Source: Deltaproteobacteria bacterium (lineage in GTDB: Bacteria > Desulfobacterota > Syntrophia > Syntrophales > JACQWR01). Taken from it: a DNA stretch of 64,000 nucleotides. Shown here piece by piece: positions 40,688 through 48,469 of this stretch (position 1 is its first letter; every line of letters starts with the position of its first letter). The position numbers were made by a program, and so were the translations under genes. The DNA lies in assembly GCA_016209105.1 (NCBI GenBank), contig JACQWR010000027.1, positions 1,497-65,496 on the forward strand, given 5' to 3'. Under the pieces are notes generated by a model. That model was not told the origin of the DNA. It saw nothing but the letters and a program-made list of their open reading frames with translations, and did not search any database.

Positions 40688-41319
40688 TGTCGTCCCTCGA
40701 CGAACTTCTCATCGAGCGCAGAAGCATCAGAACGTACGGCCCCGAAACACCGCCCGAGGCATGGATCGAACAGATGATTAACCTCGCAGCCCAGGCGCCG
40801 TCATCGGGGAACACCCAGCCCGTCCGGTTCATCCGCGTCAATTCGCCGGAGGTAAAAGCCTCCCTGCAGCGGGCGATGAAATCGGGCCGCGAGCAGTTTC
40901 TGCAGGCGGCGGCAGGTTGCTCCAAGCCGAAAAATCTGAGAAACTGGATAAACGCCTATTACCGTTTTTCGGCGTTCATGTTTCAGGCCCCCGTCCTCAT
41001 CGCCGTGGGAACGGTCGCGCCGGCGTCCGGATTTTCACGTCGGCTTGCAGAGGCCGGTGTGATAGAGGCAGACAAAAAACGGGAATCCGACACGGACATC
41101 GCTGTAGGTTTTGCCCTCCAAAGCTTCATCCTCAAAGGCCAGGAGCTCGGTCTCGGTTCCTGCATATTGACGGCCCCGCTTGTTTTCATCTCCCGGATCG
41201 AGGAACTTCTCGGCGTCAGGGATGTAGAGATCAAATGCTTCCTCACCGTGGGCTTCCCCGGTGAGACGCCGCGGAAACCGAAAAAGAAGGGAGTCGCTGA
41301 TATCTATCGTCAAATATGA
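40684..41319 (+). CDS. nitroreductase-family flavoprotein
   Basis: 211 aa. ERRSIRTYGPE...AAQAPSSGNTQPVRFI signature. ATGA overlaps with both the ACP (upstream) and the KAS (downstream). Confidence 0.75.
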   Translation: MMSSLDELLIERRSIRTYGPETPPEAWIEQMINLAAQAPSSGNTQPVRFIRVNSPEVKASLQRAMKSGREQFLQAAAGCSKPKNLRNWINAYYRFSAFMFQAPVLIAVGTVAPASGFSRRLAEAGVIEADKKRESDTDIAVGFALQSFILKGQELGLGSCILTAPLVFISRIEELLGVRDVEIKCFLTVGFPGETPRKPKKKGVADIYRQI

Positions 41320-42551
41320 GTAACCATGAAACCACATCAAAACGGGTCGTCATCACCGCCATGGGGATTATCTCCTCGCTGGGTAAAACCCCGGAAGAGA
41401 TACTGGCCAGCATAAAAGAAGACCGTACCAGCTTCACCCTGCCGCCCTTCGATCAGAAGATGGTGGTCGCTCCCGTGGAGAATTTTGACCTCCGTAATTT
41501 TACCGGCCCCTTCAAAGACCGGCGCTATCTAAACCGCGGAGCGCAGCTCTCCGTCGCGGCCGCCATTTCCGCCCTGAGAAACAGCAACCTTGATGAAGAG
41601 ACGGCGGCAACGGCCGGCCTTTTCGTCGGTTCCGGCCCGAATTTCGACATCGGCGGTGAGCTCCCCGGCATCCATGCAGGGGAGATCGTCGAAGAAAGTC
41701 TGATGGCCCTCTGGATACTGAGGTTTCTGCCCAATACGGCGGCTTCCACCATTGCCCGGCTTACGGGGATGCACGGGGAAAACCTGACCGTTGCGACCGC
41801 GTGCACCGCCACGCTGCAGGCAATCGGAGAGGCGTTCCGCAAGATAAAGGACGGACACCTCAATCTGGCTCTCGCCGGAGGCGGCGACTCGCGCAACAAT
41901 CCCGGCGGCATCCTTGCCTACCGCAAGGCGAACGCCCTCTTCACCGGCGGTGACGACCCGCAGGCGGCGAGCCGCCCCTTCGATAAAAAACGGAAGGGCT
42001 TTGTGCCCGGGGAGGGAGGCGCCTTTTTCCTCTTGGAAGAGCGTGAGCACGCCCGGAAACGCGGGGCCATGATCTACGGTGAAATCTGCGGGTTCGGCGC
42101 ATCCATGGACGGATACAGCATGACGGCGCCGGACCCCGACGGCAGGTGGGAGGAAGCGGCAGTGCGGGCGGCCCTCGCGGAAGCGGGCATGTCCCCCGCC
42201 GATATCGCCGTCGTTGCCGCGCACGGCACCGGCACCGCACTCAACGACGCTATGGAGGCGGAACTTCTCGCCCGCATCTGGGGAGAAGGACGCACACCCC
42301 GCGTTATTGCGCTGAAGTCATGGATCGGCCACCTGTCGGTCGCCTGCGGGGCCGTGGAGCTCGGCATCTGCCTGACACTCATGAACAGGGGGTGTCTCCC
42401 CCGGATACGGAATCTCGAAGAACCGTGCCGGGATGGAATAAACTTTGTCCGCCGGGAAGAACCCGTTTCCCTCAAGACCCTCCTGGTGGAAAACTTCGGC
42501 TTTGGCGGCCAGAACAGCGCCCTGATCGTAAAAGCGCACGACGGCGCCTGA
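41316..42551 (+). CDS. beta-ketoacyl-ACP synthase, KAS I/II (FabF/FabB-like) type
   Basis: 411 aa. Active-site Cys in VATACTATLQAIGEAF, and His residues in AAHGTGTALND and KSWIGHLSVACG (Cys-His-His triad). Confidence 0.88.
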   Translation: MSNHETTSKRVVITAMGIISSLGKTPEEILASIKEDRTSFTLPPFDQKMVVAPVENFDLRNFTGPFKDRRYLNRGAQLSVAAAISALRNSNLDEETAATAGLFVGSGPNFDIGGELPGIHAGEIVEESLMALWILRFLPNTAASTIARLTGMHGENLTVATACTATLQAIGEAFRKIKDGHLNLALAGGGDSRNNPGGILAYRKANALFTGGDDPQAASRPFDKKRKGFVPGEGGAFFLLEEREHARKRGAMIYGEICGFGASMDGYSMTAPDPDGRWEEAAVRAALAEAGMSPADIAVVAAHGTGTALNDAMEAELLARIWGEGRTPRVIALKSWIGHLSVACGAVELGICLTLMNRGCLPRIRNLEEPCRDGINFVRREEPVSLKTLLVENFGFGGQNSALIVKAHDGA

Positions 42552-42570
42552 CGGGAAAAGCGGGTGATCC

Positions 42571-43071
42571 GTGGAAGACCGGGATATCGTCATTAATACG
42601 GGAATGCCAGGGCTGCAACTGCTCGATGCCATCACGCGCACGGATGAAAACGGCATCGGCGGCGGTTGCCTGTTTTCCGACGCCCCGCCCTGGCTGGGTG
42701 TCGAATCCCTCGCCCGGCTCGGCGCCTTTCATGTGCGCTTCCTCACCGGTTTCGGGAAACACGCCTTCCTGGCAAAGATAAAACGCTGTCTCCTGCCGCG
42801 ACGGGAACCCCTGACGGGCCGGTACCGTCTGACGGGGAAACTTCTCAGCCGGAGCAGTTCCTCGTTTTTCTATGACCTGGAGGCTTGGAACGGGAAGGAA
42901 CTTGAAATTGCCGGTCAATTCCTGTATGCAGCGATTGACTATGACAATGCCTTCAGGAAGGAATTGCTGCAGGATCACTATCAAAGGCGCTTTACATGTT
43001 TGACGAACGCTACCGAAAAAGGCTCCTCTCGAGAAAAGACGCCGGACTTCTCCGTACGCCCCCGGAAATAG
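42571..43071 (+). CDS. hypothetical protein, probable hot-dog fold (Glu-bearing half dehydratase)
   Basis: 166 aa. WLGVESLARLGAFHV aligns to FabZ ILEAMAQATGIL but lacks the HFP His. The downstream pattern FLAKIKRCLLPRREPLTGRYRLTGKLL...LEAWNGKELEIAGQF resembles the hot-dog sheet. The 3' end overlaps bioF by 76 nt. The start could be GTG 42571 or ATG 42604. Confidence 0.45.
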   Translation: MEDRDIVINTGMPGLQLLDAITRTDENGIGGGCLFSDAPPWLGVESLARLGAFHVRFLTGFGKHAFLAKIKRCLLPRREPLTGRYRLTGKLLSRSSSSFFYDLEAWNGKELEIAGQFLYAAIDYDNAFRKELLQDHYQRRFTCLTNATEKGSSREKTPDFSVRPRK

Positions 43072-44153
43072 CAAGCCGGGAGGGAAAGTATATATGGATC
43101 GGCGGGAGAAAGGTGCTCAATTTCTCTTCCAACGACTACCTGGGACTCGGCGTCTCGGAAAAGCTCCGACAAAAGGTTTCCCGCAATTTCCGGAAATACG
43201 GCACCTCGTCCTCGGCCTCGCGGCTTGTCTCCGGCAACTATGCGGTGATCTCCCGCGCGGAAGAGGAATATGCCCGCTACTTCGGCTACGAGGCCGCCCT
43301 GTTCTTCCCCAGCGGTTACCAGGCGAATCTCGGCATCCTCTCCGCCCTCTTCGAAAAGGGCGACTCTCTGTTCTTCGACAAACATCTCCACGCGAGCAGC
43401 GTGAAGGGAATGGTTTTAAGCGGGGCATCCTTCCAGGGATACAACCACAATTCCCTCTCCCACCTGCGCCGGCGTCTGGAGGCAGGCAGGGGGCGCCAGA
43501 CTGCTGTCCTGACGGAATCGCTCTTCAGCATGGACGGTGATTTCCTCGACGTTCAGGGGTTCGGCACATTGAAACGTGATTACGGTTTCCTTGCCGTCGT
43601 GGATGAAGCGCACGCCTTCGGCGCCGTGGGAGACGGAGGCCGCGGCATTGCCCGGCCGGTGGCGGATATCGCCGTGGGAACCTTCGGCAAGGCCCTGGGG
43701 CTGTTCGGGGCATTCGTCCTGCTGCCCGCAACAGGGAAGGAATACCTTTTCAATTTTTCCTCGCCCCTCATTTACAGCACCACCCTTCCCGAGGCCCATG
43801 CCGCCTCCGCCCTGGACATACTGGAAATGGTCATTGCGGGCGATAACGCGCGAAAAAATCTACAGGCAGTGAGCCGCGCCATGAAGGAACGGCTGCTCGC
43901 CCAAGGACTCACGGTAACGGGAGACGCCCACATCATCTCCTGGGAGGTAGGCAGTGAAAGCCGCGCCGCGGAAATAGCGGCTGAGCTTCTCGCACGGGAC
44001 ATCTTCGTCTTTCCCGCCCGCTATCCCACGGTGCCCGCGGGCAGGGCTCTGCTCCGGATCGGCATGACTGCCCTGCACACGGAAGAAGACGTACAACACT
44101 TCCTCTGCTGCCTGAAAAATATATGGGAAAAAACGGGGTGGAACAATGAATGA
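42996..44153 (+). CDS. bioF: 8-amino-7-oxononanoate synthase
   Basis: 385 aa. LNFSSNDYLGLG, VDEAHAFGAVG and the PLP-Lys motif VGTFGKALG. Confidence 0.9.
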   Translation: MFDERYRKRLLSRKDAGLLRTPPEIASREGKYIWIGGRKVLNFSSNDYLGLGVSEKLRQKVSRNFRKYGTSSSASRLVSGNYAVISRAEEEYARYFGYEAALFFPSGYQANLGILSALFEKGDSLFFDKHLHASSVKGMVLSGASFQGYNHNSLSHLRRRLEAGRGRQTAVLTESLFSMDGDFLDVQGFGTLKRDYGFLAVVDEAHAFGAVGDGGRGIARPVADIAVGTFGKALGLFGAFVLLPATGKEYLFNFSSPLIYSTTLPEAHAASALDILEMVIAGDNARKNLQAVSRAMKERLLAQGLTVTGDAHIISWEVGSESRAAEIAAELLARDIFVFPARYPTVPAGRALLRIGMTALHTEEDVQHFLCCLKNIWEKTGWNNE

Positions 44154-44838
44154 CCTTTACGTAGCGGGAACCGATACGGGCGTGGGGAAAACGGTGCTGT
44201 CGCTTCTCCTCATGCAGTTTTTGTTCGAGCAGGGCAAGCGGCCCTTTTATCTCAAGCCCCTGCAAACGGGCTGCAAGACCCCCCGTGATGAGGACAGCGA
44301 TGCGGCGTTTATCTACCGGCATGTGGAATCGCTCCGGGACGGGGACCCGGGAGAATCGGTGATTTACTGCTTTGCCAACCCCAAGGCGCCCTTTTTCGCG
44401 GCCCGCGACGAAGGCAGCGCCATAGACCTGAAACTCATGGAACGGATCGTGGCGGAAAAAAGCCGCGCCTACTCGCCGCTTGTCATCGAAGCGGCCGGGG
44501 GTGTCCTGGTTCCGGTTGCGGAAGGAACGCTGATCGTGGACATCATGCAAACCACGGGGGCAAAGGTCCTGATTGCCGCCCGCGCCGGCCTGGGCACGAT
44601 CAACCACACCCTACTGTCTATAGAAGCCCTACAGGCACGGGGAATAAAGCCCGCAGCCATCATCTTCATAGATGCAGCGGAAACGCCGCCGGAAATGATC
44701 GCCGAAAACAGGGAGGCGATAGAAGCCTGCTCCGGCATAAAAGTCGCCGGCGTAATCGGCAGGATCGCCGATTTTTCCCATCCTCCCCGCGATAGTTACC
44801 GCCCCATCGAGTTTCTCTTCCGGGAAGGCCTGGTATGA
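44146..44838 (+). CDS. bioD: dethiobiotin synthase
   Basis: 230 aa. P-loop VAGTDTGVGKTV, YLKPLQTGC and IEAAGGVLVP. Overlaps bioF by 8 nt. Confidence 0.9.
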   Translation: MNDLYVAGTDTGVGKTVLSLLLMQFLFEQGKRPFYLKPLQTGCKTPRDEDSDAAFIYRHVESLRDGDPGESVIYCFANPKAPFFAARDEGSAIDLKLMERIVAEKSRAYSPLVIEAAGGVLVPVAEGTLIVDIMQTTGAKVLIAARAGLGTINHTLLSIEALQARGIKPAAIIFIDAAETPPEMIAENREAIEACSGIKVAGVIGRIADFSHPPRDSYRPIEFLFREGLV

Positions 44839-45749
44839 GAAAAACCATCCTTCCCGTCGCCGACCTGCTGAATTTTTTCCTCGCGAGAAAGGTATTCAGA
44901 CAAAAGCCCCCGCTGATTGCAAGCTTCAAACTCACCTATCGGTGCAATCTCGCCTGCCGGACATGCCCTTTCCATCTGCGGGCCAACGAAGAAAACGCGC
45001 ACATGAGCTGGGACGGAGCCGTGAACGCGCTTGCGGCCCTGAAAAATTGCGGAACCCGTATTGTCGTATTCGAGGGGGGGGAACCGCTTCTCTGGCGGGA
45101 TGGCGCGCACGATTTTCCGGAACTCGTTACCTATGCCAAAAAGCTTTTCCTCCGCGTCGGCGTGACCACGAACGGCACGCTGCCTCTCGATGTGCCCGCA
45201 GACGTTCTCTGGGTGAGCCTCGACGGCCTGAAGGAAACACACGACCGGCTCCGCAGCGGCTCGTTCGACCGGGCATGGAACAACCTCCGGGTGACGAAAC
45301 ACCCCAAGGTTTTCGTTCATTTTACGATGAACCGGGAAAACTGGCGGGAACTCGAATATCTGCTTAAACGTCTCGGAGAAATCCCGGCCGTCTGGGGCAC
45401 GACGCTGCAGCTTTTCTATCCCTACGGACAGGGCGAGGAGGCGCTGTCCCTCTCCCCCGCGGAGCGCCGGGAAGCCCTGGAAACAGCCATACGCCTGAAG
45501 AAGAACTATCCCCTCCTGAATTCCCGCAGCGGCCTGAAGGCCATGATCGAGAACACCTGGTCTTGCCATGACGACATCCTCGTCAACGTGGACCCCGGCG
45601 GTACAATCACGAGCGGATGTTATGTGAAAAACCGCGGCACGATCAGCTGCCGCGATTGCGGTTTCACGCCAGTCACGGAGGCCTCCGGCGCCCTCGATCT
45701 GTCTGTCCCTTCCCTCTTCGCCGGCTGGCGCATCTTTCTCCAGACTTGA
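44835..45749 (+). CDS. radical SAM protein of unassigned function, translationally coupled to bioD
   Basis: 304 aa. FKLTYRCNLACRTCPF (CxxxCxxC), FEGGEPLL, and C-terminal auxiliary Cys residues (SCHDD...SGCYVKNRGTISCRDCGF). ATGA overlap with the bioD stop. Confidence 0.8.
   Translation: MRKTILPVADLLNFFLARKVFRQKPPLIASFKLTYRCNLACRTCPFHLRANEENAHMSWDGAVNALAALKNCGTRIVVFEGGEPLLWRDGAHDFPELVTYAKKLFLRVGVTTNGTLPLDVPADVLWVSLDGLKETHDRLRSGSFDRAWNNLRVTKHPKVFVHFTMNRENWRELEYLLKRLGEIPAVWGTTLQLFYPYGQGEEALSLSPAERREALETAIRLKKNYPLLNSRSGLKAMIENTWSCHDDILVNVDPGGTITSGCYVKNRGTISCRDCGFTPVTEASGALDLSVPSLFAGWRIFLQT
45714..45743 (+). repeat. direct repeat copy A (native 3' end of the radical SAM gene)
   Basis: ctcttcgccggctggcgcatctttctccag recurs at 48366-48395 with 29/30 identity. 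Confidence 0.85.
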
Positions 45750-45865
45750 TTCCAATTGAAGATTTTCACAGCGTGCTGCGGAGAGCTTCACTGCGCTCCC
45801 CTCAGATTCCTCCCCCTTGATGAGGGAGGATAGGTGGGGGTGCCTGATATGCTGCTCACCATCCT

Positions 45866-46750
45866 TTATAGGTGATTATCCGCAAGACCTGTCGGCAGCA
45901 TTTGAGCGATTTTTTCCAAAGTCCATTTATCTTCCCCACGGTAAATCACCGATGTTCTTTCCGGTTCTGAATAAAGGCTGATCATACCCGCGCCTACAAA
46001 GAATGTCCTGCCCGTTATGAGAGCTGCATTTTCTGTTGCCAGATACGTTGCAAACGTAGCGACATCTTCCGGCTTTGAATTTTCCATCTCATTCAGTTCG
46101 CTGATTTTCCCCTGTCGGATCCATGCTTGTTTCCGCTTTTCGTCAAAATGACGTGTCAGCGCCAGAGGGCGTATCGCATTGCACGTTACATTATATTTTG
46201 CCATATCTCTGGCAACAGCTCTTGTGAAACCGATAACACCTTCTTTTGCTGCAGCGTAATTTGAACACCCTAATGTTTTTCCCAGTCCTGCTCCCGATGA
46301 CATGTTGATAATCCGCCCATATTGATTCTGCTTCATAACTTCAGCGGCCGCCCTCGTACAATAGAACGTCCCGTATAGATTCACTTTAACGATCTTGTCC
46401 CAGTTTTCTTCGGTAAGATTAAAGATCATCTTATCAAGCACAATGCCGGCATTGTTTACCAGTATGTCCACCCTGCCGAACGTGCCAACCGCGGCGGCGA
46501 TTATATCTCTGCCGCCTTGCCATGTTTCCACTGAACTGTCGTTAGAAACTGCTTCGCCGCCTTCTTTCCGGATTTTTTCAGCCGCTTTTTCCGCTAACCC
46601 TTGGATTTGTCCGGTCCCCGTCGGGCCGACGCCATAATCGTTAACGACTATGCGCGCTCCTTCACGCGCCATTTCCCGTGCTATGGCAAGTCCAATGCCC
46701 TGGCCGGCCCCGGTAATAACAGCTACTCTGTTGTTAAGAAGCTTACTCAT
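45866..46750 (-). CDS. SDR-family oxidoreductase, MFE-2/(3R)-hydroxyacyl-CoA dehydrogenase-like
   Basis: Start at MSKLLNNRVAVITGAGQGIGLAIA. VVNDYG...NNAGI...MSSGAG...YAAAKEG (Ser-Tyr-Lys). The overall pattern resembles the dehydrogenase domain of multifunctional enzyme type 2. The upstream part of the ORF-track entry (to 46900) is a repeat element. Confidence 0.75.
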   Translation of the reverse strand: MSKLLNNRVAVITGAGQGIGLAIAREMAREGARIVVNDYGVGPTGTGQIQGLAEKAAEKIRKEGGEAVSNDSSVETWQGGRDIIAAAVGTFGRVDILVNNAGIVLDKMIFNLTEENWDKIVKVNLYGTFYCTRAAAEVMKQNQYGRIINMSSGAGLGKTLGCSNYAAAKEGVIGFTRAVARDMAKYNVTCNAIRPLALTRHFDEKRKQAWIRQGKISELNEMENSKPEDVATFATYLATENAALITGRTFFVGAGMISLYSEPERTSVIYRGEDKWTLEKIAQMLPTGLADNHL

Positions 46751-46763
46751 ACTATTTGAAGCT

Positions 46764-46871
46764 CTCTGCAGCAAGCTGCAGAGAATCTCCGATTCCTCAG
46801 GAACATCATCGTTCATCATTCGCTCGCTTACCCCTCGGCAAGCCGCGGGGAATGCGCTCGCAGCCGAATTC
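46764..46871 (+). repeat. two-hairpin intergenic repeat, family D, copy 1
   Basis: Hairpin 1 is CTCTGCAGC-aa-GCTGCAGAG (46764-83). Conserved spacer ...gattcctcagg...ttcatcattcgctcgctta. Hairpin 2 is cccctcggcaagccgcgggg (46831-50). Tail aatgcgctcgcagccgaattc. The second copy is at 57742-57850. Confidence 0.8.
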
Positions 46872-47134
46872 CATTTTATTTTTATAATTAGCACAACCAT
46901 AAATCTGACAATCAGATTCGACCGTCAGAGTATAGGATAAGGGAATCTTGTGCGTCAAAGGAAATTTGGCGGCAAAACAGGCAATACCGAACGGAACGTT
47001 GCGAAAAGAATCGCGGCGCAATCAACCGTCGCGACCGCGGCTTCACCCCGGTAAGGGAGGCCTTGATTCAATTTCCCCCGTGGGCTGATTCCGAAAACAT
47101 GAAGGGTGAGCAGCGCCGGTAAGGCTTCCAGAAA

Positions 47135-47250
47135 GTGAAGCTCCCCGCTCAGAGAGCGGGGCTTCCCGGCAAGGAACATTTATTTTCCTCATCGCGCCCC
47201 TTAACCCCGCCTGAAAGGCGGGGCTTGCGGAGGGCGCCCCCGGTCACCAT
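47135..47250. repeat. family B internal module (no terminal inverted repeats)
   Basis: gtgaagctccccgctcagagagcggggctt...ccccgcctgaaaggcggggcttgcggagggcgcccccggtca shares the core of the 40113-40269 element with an internal duplication. It forms the last about 30 codons of the lipoprotein ORF. Confidence 0.7.
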
Positions 47251-48240
47251 GCCGTCTTCGGCGCCTTCCCGCACAGGGGGTGTCGTCGGCCCCTTCTCAC
47301 GCAGCCGGATAACGATCCCCCGGATCAGGACATCGGGAGAGTCGTCCGGAGTCGTCAGCAGGTGCGAGAAGTTCCTGGAGAAGCTCTCCGTGTAGGAGAA
47401 TTCGACCTGATCAAGCTTCAAGCTTTGCTTGCAGAGGTCGAATTCCCTTTGGTCCTTCAGAATCTCCCAGAAGTTTCTTCCCCCGAGATGGAGGGCCGAG
47501 ACCGTCAGGCCCGCAAAAAAGGTGAGGCTCGGCAGGGCAGACAGGCCGATATCGCCGCTGAAGTGCATCCCCTCGTTGAGGCGTTTGTCGGCTTTCTTGG
47601 CCGCCGCCTTATCGGGGGATGCCTCCAGGATCAGTTCGATCTCGATCTCATCACTGTCCTTGATGTATTTATCGTAGTCGGTCGCGATCTCCTGGAGGAT
47701 CGGCAGGGCCTTCTGGACCGCCTCCACCAGGGCGCCAACATAGAAATGACGCGGCAGGGCAAACTCGCCCCGATCGCGCTGCGCCTTGGCGGCCCTGAAA
47801 AAGTTCGGTTGATCCCCCTCCAGGCGAAGCCGGACATGATAAAGAACATGGCTGTGCAACACGACCGTGTCGTCCTCGAAGATCTCAAAATCGGCCGCCA
47901 ACTCGATCCCTTTGCAGTGCTTGAAATTAGTGTCCAGGTTGCAGAAAGGCGCCTCTGGCTGGACGGGGAGGTAGAACTCCGGAAAGGCGTTACGGAAGAG
48001 TTTCATGAGCCCCGGGACATCGAGGCCGTCGAGTCCGGGATTGCCGGTCTTCGCCCGTGTGAGATATTCGGCCAGGGTACCCTGGCCGTCCGGAAACAGC
48101 TGGAACCGGTAAGTACCCGGCTTGCCGAGAGTGGGTTCCTTATAGATCCGGGCGGCCGGTGTTCGGGCTTTAACCGTGCAGCCCGCCGCCAAGCCTATTA
48201 GCAGGATCAGGATCAGTAGTCGCCTGGTTCGTCTGGTCAA
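47149..48240 (-). CDS. lipoprotein of unknown function
   Basis: 363 aa. Lipobox LLIGLAAGC after the basic N-terminus MTRRTRRLL. No recognisable family. The C-terminal tail is encoded by repeat sequence. Confidence 0.6.
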   Translation of the reverse strand: MTRRTRRLLILILLIGLAAGCTVKARTPAARIYKEPTLGKPGTYRFQLFPDGQGTLAEYLTRAKTGNPGLDGLDVPGLMKLFRNAFPEFYLPVQPEAPFCNLDTNFKHCKGIELAADFEIFEDDTVVLHSHVLYHVRLRLEGDQPNFFRAAKAQRDRGEFALPRHFYVGALVEAVQKALPILQEIATDYDKYIKDSDEIEIELILEASPDKAAAKKADKRLNEGMHFSGDIGLSALPSLTFFAGLTVSALHLGGRNFWEILKDQREFDLCKQSLKLDQVEFSYTESFSRNFSHLLTTPDDSPDVLIRGIVIRLREKGPTTPPVREGAEDGMVTGGALRKPRLSGGVKGRDEENKCSLPGSPAL

Positions 48241-48323
48241 CCTTGAACGCCTCCCGGAATCGGCGGCCGGGCTCCGGCCGAGGTAATTACGACCTCGCTA
48301 TACACCATTTATCTCATGATTTC

Positions 48324-48422
48324 ATGCAGGAATTCATTAGCCAACGCATTCCCCGTGGCTTGCCGCTCTTCGCCGGATGGCGCATCTTTCTCCAGGCCGG
48401 ATATTTCCTTCTGACAGTTTGA
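48324..48422 (+). pseudogene. relic copy of the radical SAM gene 3' end (direct repeat copy B)
   Basis: Reads ...PRGLPLFAGWRIFLQAGYFLLTV-stop, against the native ...DLSVPSLFAGWRIFLQT-stop at 45749. Only the last about 12 codons are homologous. Confidence 0.65.
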
Positions 48423-48469
48423 GAAATTGGATTTAGGAGTAGCGAATCAAATTCCCATCATCCCTTGCT

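Noticed and set aside
44796-45791. 331-aa minus-strand ORF
   Set aside because: It is antisense to the radical SAM gene, which has the CxxxCxxC motif and is translationally coupled to bioD.
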